DNA of 64,000 bases. It comes from Akkermansia sp. Its GTDB lineage: Bacteria; Verrucomicrobiota; Verrucomicrobiia; Verrucomicrobiales; Akkermansiaceae. The stretch covers positions 15,750-79,749 of the forward strand of contig JAZSRB010000008.1 of NCBI GenBank assembly GCA_045538275.1. The letters run 5' to 3'. The position numbers and the translations under genes were made by a program. The notes below the pieces were generated by a model. The model saw only the letters and a list, made by a program, of their open reading frames with translations, was not told the origin of the DNA and made no database searches. Shown piece after piece: positions 34,321 through 41,855 of this stretch; position 1 is the first letter of the stretch; each line of letters opens with the position of its first letter.

Positions 34321-34911
34321 ATGAAAAAGTCCTCACGTCGCTTCCTGTTCCTGTCGCTCACGGGCTGCATGCTCAGCTCCTGCGTGTACGTGACTCAATC
34401 AGTACCCGATATGCCATATGAAGGGACCGCCGGACGCACCCAATACCCTGACACCTGGGTGACCACCCAGCCTACTGGCATCAACTATGCGCCCATTCCC
34501 GACCCGGTGACCACCCAGCCCCCCGCAGCTGCACCATCTGCTGCCAATGCTCCGCTGGATCTGACCCAGCCGCTCACCCCGGTGGCTCCCGTCCCCAAAC
34601 CGGCCGCTGCGCCCAAACCCGCTGCTCCGGCACCGGCAGCCAAGCCGGTGGTCAAACCCGCAACGCAGCCCACAGCCCCGGTGCTGCAGCCCATGGTGAG
34701 CACCGCAGCACAGAAGCCGGTGGACATGAGCCAGATTACCAACACCGGCCCTATTCCCGTGGCCACCCGCGTGCCGGGCGACCCCACCCGCGTGTACAAC
34801 CCGCTCAACCCCAGCAAGACCATCCGCGTGGTGGATAAAAACGGCGTCCCCTACCCCAGCGGCAAGGAACTCAAGGTGCGCGGCACCAACTTCCACTTCT
34901 ACGTGCCTTAA
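34321..34911 (+). CDS. Pro/Ala-rich hypothetical lipoprotein
   Basis: Lipobox LSSC, a PAAAPKP low-complexity linker and a small C-terminal domain. Confidence 0.8.
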   Translation: MKKSSRRFLFLSLTGCMLSSCVYVTQSVPDMPYEGTAGRTQYPDTWVTTQPTGINYAPIPDPVTTQPPAAAPSAANAPLDLTQPLTPVAPVPKPAAAPKPAAPAPAAKPVVKPATQPTAPVLQPMVSTAAQKPVDMSQITNTGPIPVATRVPGDPTRVYNPLNPSKTIRVVDKNGVPYPSGKELKVRGTNFHFYVP

Positions 34912-34914
34912 AGC

Positions 34915-35796
34915 ATGAGTTCCCTCCCTTTCGAAAAGGTGTGCATACTGGGCCCCGGTCTGCTTGGCGGTTCCATTGCCATGGCCGTGCACAAGCACCT
35001 GCCCGGTTGCGAACTGCGCATCTGGGCGCGCCGCCAGCAACCGCTCGACTTCGTACGCGAACGCGGCATTACAGAGCACACCTACACCGATGCCCGTGAG
35101 GCCGCCCGGGGCGCGGAACTCGTCATTCTCGCCACCCCCATCGGCGTCTTTGAAGAACTCTCCCGCTACATCCTTTCTGCGGTTTCCAAGGAAGCCATCA
35201 TCACCGACATAGGCTCCGTGAAAGCCTATGTGCACCGCACCACCGGCGCCATGCTCACCAGCCGCGGGCGCTGCTTCATCGGCTCACACCCCATGGCAGG
35301 TGCCGAAACACAGGGCATTGAAAACGCCTATGCCGACCTCATCAAAGGCGCGACCGTAGCTCTCACCAACCCGCACGGGGCCCCGGAAACCAAGGTGAAG
35401 CAACTGGCGGCTTTCTGGGAAGCCCTGGGCACCAGCACCTATATCATGGACCCGGTGAACCACGACCGCACCGTGGCCCGCATCTCCCATTGTCCGCACA
35501 TCCTCGCTGCCCTCTGCGCCCGCGGCGCCACATTCGGGCAGGAGCCCATGGAGGATTTACAGCGACTGGCCGCCAGCGGCTTCCGCGACACCACGCGCGT
35601 CTGCTCCGGCGGCGCGAACATGTGGGCCGATATCCTCTGGGAAAACGATGTAGCCGTGCGCGCCGCCCTGCACGACTGTGTGAACGACCTGCACCACCTC
35701 ATCGACCTGCTCGAAACCCAGGACAAGGAAGGCGTGCGCCAATGGCTCATTGCCGCCAAAAACGCCCGCGAAACCGTGCGGGAAATTGACAATTGA
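34915..35796 (+). CDS. tyrA: Prephenate/arogenate dehydrogenase
   Basis: G.GLLGGS Rossmann motif, TDIGSVK, GSHPMAG, HD...A.ISHCPH and SGFRDTTR. Confidence 0.93.
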   Translation: MSSLPFEKVCILGPGLLGGSIAMAVHKHLPGCELRIWARRQQPLDFVRERGITEHTYTDAREAARGAELVILATPIGVFEELSRYILSAVSKEAIITDIGSVKAYVHRTTGAMLTSRGRCFIGSHPMAGAETQGIENAYADLIKGATVALTNPHGAPETKVKQLAAFWEALGTSTYIMDPVNHDRTVARISHCPHILAALCARGATFGQEPMEDLQRLAASGFRDTTRVCSGGANMWADILWENDVAVRAALHDCVNDLHHLIDLLETQDKEGVRQWLIAAKNARETVREIDN

Positions 35797-35960
35797 CGGA
35801 TGACAATTAACTCTTGATTCCCCCCCTTGCGCAGCAAGAAACAATAGACTCGCCAGCGAGTATCAGGCAACACATGCAAGCCCCTCATCCACCCTTAGCG
35901 TAACGAAAACTCCGAGTTGTGAGAATCAGCACCCCGCCCCAATTATTCACTATTCACTAA
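35787..35960. repeat. Heptad-flanked intergenic hairpin element
   Basis: TGACAAT-TGACGGA-TGACAAT on the left, TATTCAC x2 on the right, and internal mini-hairpins ttgc-gca-gcaa, actcg-ccag-cgagt and aactc-c-gagtt. Confidence 0.5.
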
Positions 35961-35967
35961 TCCTTAG

Positions 35968-37092
35968 TCATTCCGAATAGTATTGCCGGCGGTGGGGATT
36001 CATGTTGCGGCGGTGGTCCTCGCGGTCCTCGCGGTTGCGGAGAAGGTGGCGCTTCTCGCGGCGGCTCACGCGCTCCAGGGTCATCTGGCGCTTTTCATTG
36101 CGGCGCTCCAGCTCGGCAATTTCGGCATCCAGATTGAGGAAATGCTCGTAGCGCTCCTGGGTGAGCGTGCCCGCCTCCAGCGCAGCGCGGATGGCGCAGC
36201 CCGCATCCTTGCGGTGGGAGCAATCCGCAAAGCGGCATTGGCTCTCCAGCGCGGTCAGGTCGGCAAACTGGGCGCGGAGGGTGGCAGCATCGGTCCACAT
36301 GTGAATCTCGCGCATGCCGGGGTTATCAATCAGCACACCGCCGCCGGCCAGAATCACCAGCTCACGCGCCACGGTGGTGTGGCGCCCCTTGCCGGTCACC
36401 TCGTTCACATGGCCGGTTTCCAGCCATTCATCGCCCAGCAGACTGTTCACAAAAGTGCTCTTGCCTACGCCGGAAGAACCCACCACCGTGATGGTGCGGC
36501 CCTTGGGCACGCGGCGGAGATACTGCGGATACCCTTTGCGCCAGCGGGCCACGATGGGGTACACCTCAGCGCAGCCCAGCGAGCGGATTTCCTCCACCGC
36601 GCGCTGCATATCCTCCTCTGGGGCGGTATCGGCCTTGTTCACCAGCACCACCGGCTCTGCCCCGCTCTTGCGGATGAGGGTGAGGTAGCGCTCGATACGG
36701 CGCGGGTTGTAATCGCTCTCGGCATCGGTAATCACCACCACCATATCCACATTCGCGCCGATGACCTGCTCCGCGCAGCTGCGGCCGGGGGCTTTGCGCG
36801 AAAAGCGGTTGCGGCGCGGCAGCATGGCACGGATGACCGGCAGATCCTTGCCCTGACCGGGGTCCACCGCCACCCAGTCACCCACGGTGGGCAGGTCGGC
36901 ATCGGAAACAGCATCGTGCCACACCTTGCCGGAGAGCACCACCTCGTGGTCGCCCTTCCCCTTGGCAATCACCGTGAAATTAATCTTCGTCTCGCGGATA
37001 ATGCGGGCAGGATACCACTCCGGATGCCCCAGCGCCGCCAGGGCCTCTGCATAATCCGGGCCCCAGCCCAGCATCTCCATGGTCACTTTCAT
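35968..37092 (-). CDS. rsgA: Ribosome small subunit-dependent GTPase A
   Basis: OB-fold N-terminus, NKAD, GSSGVGKST, GRHTT, DNPG and Zn-finger CRFADCSH....GC. Confidence 0.95.
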   Translation of the reverse strand: MKVTMEMLGWGPDYAEALAALGHPEWYPARIIRETKINFTVIAKGKGDHEVVLSGKVWHDAVSDADLPTVGDWVAVDPGQGKDLPVIRAMLPRRNRFSRKAPGRSCAEQVIGANVDMVVVITDAESDYNPRRIERYLTLIRKSGAEPVVLVNKADTAPEEDMQRAVEEIRSLGCAEVYPIVARWRKGYPQYLRRVPKGRTITVVGSSGVGKSTFVNSLLGDEWLETGHVNEVTGKGRHTTVARELVILAGGGVLIDNPGMREIHMWTDAATLRAQFADLTALESQCRFADCSHRKDAGCAIRAALEAGTLTQERYEHFLNLDAEIAELERRNEKRQMTLERVSRREKRHLLRNREDREDHRRNMNPHRRQYYSE

Positions 37093-37724
37093 GCGCGGCG
37101 AATCAGCGTGGCGTGTTCAATGATATGCAGGGCTATGTGCTCCTTGGTGTCCTTTTCCAGATACTCCACGTGGTCGGGGTAGACGAGCGCCACCTCGTTC
37201 TCACGGGAATCAAAGCCGATATCGCGGCGGGAAACATCATTCGCCACAATCATATCGCATTTCTTGCGGCGCAGTTTATCCTGGGCGTATTCCTCCACGT
37301 TCTGCGTTTCGGCGGCAAAGCCCACCAGCGTGCCCGTGAAGCCGAACACATCGCGCATGCTGCCCAGAATATCCGGCGTTTTCTCCAGCTCAATCACCAG
37401 GCGCTCGCCGCTCTTCTTCATCTTCTGCTCCTGCACCTCCACCGGGCGGTAATCCGCCACGGCAGCGCAGAGGATGGCAGCATCAGCATATTTCACCATA
37501 TCGCGCACGGCATCATACATCTGCTGCGCGCTCTCCACCGGTATGAAATCCACCCCGGCGGGCACATCCAGCGTAGTGGGGCCGGAGATGAGAATCACCT
37601 CGTGCCCCTCGTGCCGGGCAGCCCCCGCCAGCGCATAGCCCATGCGCCCGGAGGAACGGTTCGTCAGATACCGAACGGGGTCGAGTGCCTCGCGCGTCGG
37701 CCCGGCTGTGATGAGAAACTTCAT
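37089..37724 (-). CDS. coaB: Phosphopantothenate-cysteine ligase (stand-alone CoaB)
   Basis: LITAGPTRE.LDPVRYLTN.SSG.MG, AAVADYRP, PDIL, GFAAET and VAND. Confidence 0.92.
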   Translation of the reverse strand: MKFLITAGPTREALDPVRYLTNRSSGRMGYALAGAARHEGHEVILISGPTTLDVPAGVDFIPVESAQQMYDAVRDMVKYADAAILCAAVADYRPVEVQEQKMKKSGERLVIELEKTPDILGSMRDVFGFTGTLVGFAAETQNVEEYAQDKLRRKKCDMIVANDVSRRDIGFDSRENEVALVYPDHVEYLEKDTKEHIALHIIEHATLIRRA

Positions 37725-37989
37725 GTCGTGGGCGATTCTAGCACGATTCCCATTTCTTGGCAATCCTCAAACAAAATGCGCCATCGCATTTGCGGTGCGA
37801 TGTACAGATTTTTTTTGCAAAAGTACTGACTATCACAGATTTGAAAGAAATATGATGATTTGATTTTATTCCGAGTCTGGATACATCATAAATCTCTATG
37901 TGCTGATTGATAAGCTTATACAACGTTTTAATACTTTATCGCACCGCAAATGCGATACTCTGAAACGTATTCCAACAACTAATTCTCTC

Positions 37990-40194
37990 ATGCTCAGAAA
38001 ACTCATTTTCAAAACTACTGCCACACTCGGGCTGCTGCTGATAACCCTGGGGAGCCTTGCCCAGGCTATCACAGCAAATGATAAGGTAGCTGCAGAACTG
38101 TTCCAGATTCGCACCGAGACTTCATTCCCCGAGACTGTTGCCAAAAAGTTCGAGGCCATGAAAGCACCGCTGAAAGCGGTCATCGATGGAGGAGATGTCA
38201 ACGCCGTGGATGCCGAAGGCAAAACCGCCCTCGTGCACACCGTAGCAGCGGGAGATATTGAATTCATCGCCTACCTGCTCTTCAAGAACGCGGATACCAC
38301 TATCAAGGATAAGGCGGGTAAAACAGCTGCAGATTACACCAATGACAGCCAAATCAAAGCGCTGCTGGCCGCTGATACCCTGCATGGAAAAACGCTTTCA
38401 GACAGCGAAAAGGCCGAAATCCGCAAGAAATATGAGAAAGACTGGGCCGACTCATACCTCGGCGTTAATACTAGTTGTGATGAACTAGTAAAGATTGTCC
38501 AGGCAGGATGGAAGAACACCGACACCAAAGGGAACGACGTAATTCATTCTCTGGTTGAGCAGGACAATATCCGCAGTCTGACGCAGCTCATCACCATGAT
38601 GAAAGCAGGAGCCGACATCAACCGCTGCTGTTATCACGGCGTATGGGGGCTCGACAGCGGTGACCAGACCCCGCTGATTACGGCAGCGTCCGCTATCTCC
38701 AGAAACTACAAAGAGGAGCAAGCCTGCATTCTACTACTGGGGGGAGCAGACCCGAACATTCTCGGAACCCCTATTGAACACGGGGGCCTGAAAACCTCAC
38801 CCCTCTGCGTCCCGTTCCGCCGAAGTGTCGGCTACGTAAACGCACCACACGACCGGCTGCTCATCGCCGCAGGTGCAGCCAAAAGCTACCTGCAAGGCAT
38901 GAAAGAGGTCATCGCTCTCCGCATGGGCGACCGCTGTACGCCAAGTACTAAGGAGCTTTTCCTCCGAGTGCTGGATGAGGCGCTGGACAAAAAGAAGCCG
39001 ACCCCAGATGAAGCAAAAATCATCCTCAACGCCGCAGAGCGATACAAGGATCCCAAGCTCATCAAGGATCTAGCCAGGCGCAAACTTATTCCCACTACAG
39101 GCAGCGGGGATGACGAGGTTGTATGGACACCGACTGATGTCATCAAAAAAGCATCGGGGCAGGATAATCCGGAGGCCCACGCTGCGGCAAAGAAACTGGT
39201 CAAAGCAAAAAAATGGACAGAGAATAAGGAAATTAACTTCCTGCTGGCGGTCACCGCCGAAAACCCGGCCGAAATCAAACGCACAGCCAAAGAACTGGGC
39301 AGTATCAGCGATTTCATCAACAACCAATGTCTTCCCAGGCTCTCCGGCTCCTGGGTCGTCCAACCCACACACAGTAGTCCTTTTGCTCTCATCAGAGATG
39401 CAAAAATTGCCAAGGTGGTTCTCTCCCTGGAGAAAAATCTGGTTCCTGTTCGAGTGAACTGGAACTGCATGACCCCCAAACTGCTGAAACTCTATCTCAA
39501 TGCAAAAATGGACATGAATGCGCCACCATCTGATTTAGATGAAAATAGACGCAGGAAATCCGGCATGAAACAGGAGAAAGACCTCATCAACTGGGGGAAA
39601 ACAAGCCCTGAAATGCTGAATCTTCTGAAAGAGCAAGGGGTAGAACCTCCCGCAGATTTCCTCGATGAAAACCTCGCGCACATGTCTCTCGACACCTTGC
39701 AGGCATTCCTCGAGGCAGGATTCAAACCCGGCGAATCAGCCCTGAACTCCGCCATTTATTCAAATGTCGACGCAGTAAAGAAAATTGACCTGCTGGTCAA
39801 GCATGGTGCCAATCCTCAGGCCAAGGACTATCTCGACAGAGTCCTGGACAAGCCGGAGATAGCCAAGGCTCTTGTGCGTGCAGGCGCATCGAAGGATAAT
39901 GCGCTCAAGACCATTCAGGACAGAATAGCCAAAATGGACAACGGGCCGGTTGCCTCAACGGCCGATGGCTTCTACTCATACGCAGATTACAGAACCTTCG
40001 TAACAGTACGGGATATTCTGGAAGGCAAGATTTCCACCGACCCCGCCCCGGAAGCGGAAGCCGGGCCAGCTGGTGAAACTACAGCTGATAATGACGGGGA
40101 CGATGGCGAAACAAAGAAAAAAGCCAAAAAGAAAGGTAAGAAAAAGAAAGACGGCAAAAAAGGCAAGAAGAAGAAATCCCCAAAGAAGAAATAA
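37990..40194 (+). CDS. Secreted ankyrin-repeat protein with Lys-rich C-terminal tail
   Basis: Signal peptide (MLRKLIF...AQA), ankyrin repeats (VNAVDAEGKTALVHTV, GADIN, TPLITAA, LLLGGADPN) and tail KKKAKKKGKKKKDGKKGKKKKSPKKK. Confidence 0.85.
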   Translation: MLRKLIFKTTATLGLLLITLGSLAQAITANDKVAAELFQIRTETSFPETVAKKFEAMKAPLKAVIDGGDVNAVDAEGKTALVHTVAAGDIEFIAYLLFKNADTTIKDKAGKTAADYTNDSQIKALLAADTLHGKTLSDSEKAEIRKKYEKDWADSYLGVNTSCDELVKIVQAGWKNTDTKGNDVIHSLVEQDNIRSLTQLITMMKAGADINRCCYHGVWGLDSGDQTPLITAASAISRNYKEEQACILLLGGADPNILGTPIEHGGLKTSPLCVPFRRSVGYVNAPHDRLLIAAGAAKSYLQGMKEVIALRMGDRCTPSTKELFLRVLDEALDKKKPTPDEAKIILNAAERYKDPKLIKDLARRKLIPTTGSGDDEVVWTPTDVIKKASGQDNPEAHAAAKKLVKAKKWTENKEINFLLAVTAENPAEIKRTAKELGSISDFINNQCLPRLSGSWVVQPTHSSPFALIRDAKIAKVVLSLEKNLVPVRVNWNCMTPKLLKLYLNAKMDMNAPPSDLDENRRRKSGMKQEKDLINWGKTSPEMLNLLKEQGVEPPADFLDENLAHMSLDTLQAFLEAGFKPGESALNSAIYSNVDAVKKIDLLVKHGANPQAKDYLDRVLDKPEIAKALVRAGASKDNALKTIQDRIAKMDNGPVASTADGFYSYADYRTFVTVRDILEGKISTDPAPEAEAGPAGETTADNDGDDGETKKKAKKKGKKKKDGKKGKKKKSPKKK

Positions 40195-40202
40195 GTTACC
40201 AG

Positions 40203-40236
40203 AACCGGCGGGCAAGCAATCCCCGTCGGTTTTTTC
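40203..40236 (+). terminator. Terminator after the ankyrin gene
   Basis: aaccggcggg/cccgtcggtt stem followed by a T-tract. Confidence 0.7.
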
Positions 40237-40237
40237 A

Positions 40238-40594
40238 TTATTCCACCATCTTGCGCTGAGTGATGCTGCACGAGCGGGGCTGCCCACCGCGCTTGCGGGC
40301 GCGTTTCAGTTCCAGCTGCCGGGGGCTGGGAGCGCCATTGAGACGGTGGTCAAGCTCCTCGCACAGCGTACGCCGCGCCAGATAGCGGTTGATTTCGCGC
40401 TCGCGCTCACAATGGCAACGGATGACAATACCGCTGGGCACGTGGGTCAGATACACGCAATTGTTGGTCTTATTCACCTTCTGCCCGCCCTTGCCGCTGC
40501 CGCGCACGAACTTCTCCTCCAGGTCATTCCTGTGCACACCAAGGCGCTGCATCATTTCCTGGAGCTTCTGCAATTTTTCCGGCGATACGGGCAT
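40238..40594 (-). CDS. arfB: ArfB/YaeJ-like peptidyl-tRNA hydrolase (release-factor-like ribosome rescue protein)
   Basis: FVRGSGKGGQKVNK with the GGQ motif, H.PSG..IRC..ER.R..N and a basic C-terminal tail. Confidence 0.8.
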   Translation of the reverse strand: MPVSPEKLQKLQEMMQRLGVHRNDLEEKFVRGSGKGGQKVNKTNNCVYLTHVPSGIVIRCHCEREREINRYLARRTLCEELDHRLNGAPSPRQLELKRARKRGGQPRSCSITQRKMVE

Positions 40595-40741
40595 GGGGAG
40601 TATCCTAATGCAACAGCAGTAGCAAATCAAGCCGTTTTCTCAAAAAAGCTTTTATCGCCACCTGTTATATGCTACTATGACGGCGCTGCAACCTTGCTGC
40701 CCCACCGCATATTTCACCACACACACCTGCACACCCCGGAT

Positions 40742-41731
40742 ATGAAACATCATCTGCTCACCTCTCTTCCTCTGCTGGTTCTGGCTTTAGACCACCCAGC
40801 GCAAGCTGACACCTGGGGAACACTGAAAGAAAATATTTCAAAAAAATTCAACGATGTAGTGGAAAGCGAAGTCTCCCCGGCCAAGACAGATAAATCTGCT
40901 GCCGGCAAATGGGCGGCAAAAGAAATGGACGAACTCTCCCGCCTGGTGGATCTGTACAAAGGCTCCAGGAATGCAGAAATCCGCCAGCAGGCCGAGGAAA
41001 TGACCGAGGCCATCATCAAGAAATACCGCAAGGTGTACACCTTCCTGGGCTCTACGAAAAAAAATGCCCCGGCAAATGATTCCAAAAAGAAGGTCAGCCT
41101 GAGCAGCCTGGAGCCATTCCACGCCCGGCAGCAGGATGACCGCCTGGCTCTCTACAAGAAATACCTGGAAGTCAATGGTAACTTTATCAAAAACTCCCGT
41201 GGCAATCTGGCAAAGATACAGCCCATAGGCTGCATTCTCCGCACTCACCTGTTTGAGGATTTCCCGCAGGACGGAGCTTCCCGCGTCTCGCTTGACCAGG
41301 CCGCAGAAAAATGGGTCAACAAGGAGAATGAGGATATGAAAACGCTGCTGGGGCTACTCCCCGAATGCGAAGATAAGGCGGTTCTCGCTGAAACCATTTC
41401 GCTCATGGAGCAGATGATTGATTCCTATGCACCGCTTTACAAGGAAATCCAGAAGCTGGCACCCTACCGCAAATACGAAAAAACAAAAAAAATCTTTAAC
41501 ATTGAAATTGAGCTGGATAACCTCAGACAGGCCCACTCAGCGGCAGAGCAAAAACGTGCGGCGCACTATGTTACCTTCCTGGGCGCCAGAAACATTTTCA
41601 ACCGGTACGCCCCAGCCTACAGCGATTATCTGAAAACCATTGAAATCATTCTCACCACCCACCGGGAAAAAAAGGCTGCTGCCGACCGCGGGCGTTTCAC
41701 TTCCAAACGGGCCATGCATTTCGGCAGATAA
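40742..41731 (+). CDS. Hypothetical secreted helical protein
   Basis: Signal peptide MKHHLLTSLPLLVLALDHPAQA and a K/E-rich helical body. The ORF-track extension to 40073 overlaps other genes and is not used. Confidence 0.75.
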   Translation: MKHHLLTSLPLLVLALDHPAQADTWGTLKENISKKFNDVVESEVSPAKTDKSAAGKWAAKEMDELSRLVDLYKGSRNAEIRQQAEEMTEAIIKKYRKVYTFLGSTKKNAPANDSKKKVSLSSLEPFHARQQDDRLALYKKYLEVNGNFIKNSRGNLAKIQPIGCILRTHLFEDFPQDGASRVSLDQAAEKWVNKENEDMKTLLGLLPECEDKAVLAETISLMEQMIDSYAPLYKEIQKLAPYRKYEKTKKIFNIEIELDNLRQAHSAAEQKRAAHYVTFLGARNIFNRYAPAYSDYLKTIEIILTTHREKKAAADRGRFTSKRAMHFGR

Positions 41732-41855
41732 GCCCCCACCGGACGGAGCTTTCAGCCGCAGAACCAGCAGACGGGCAATTTTATTCATTTCCTCCCCGTA
41801 CTGTCCTGCATTTCCCTTGCGTTAAGCGGGCAAGGTATGTTACATTACACCCCTG

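Noticed and set aside
34560-34700. Tandem DNA repeat in the Pro/Ala-rich lipoprotein
   Set aside because: Only degenerate PAAAPKP-type low-complexity coding sequence; an ordinary flexible linker.
40073-40741. N-terminal extension of the 552-aa ORF-track call
   Set aside because: Overlaps the ankyrin gene 3' end, its terminator and the antisense arfB gene. A clean signal peptide begins at ATG 40742.
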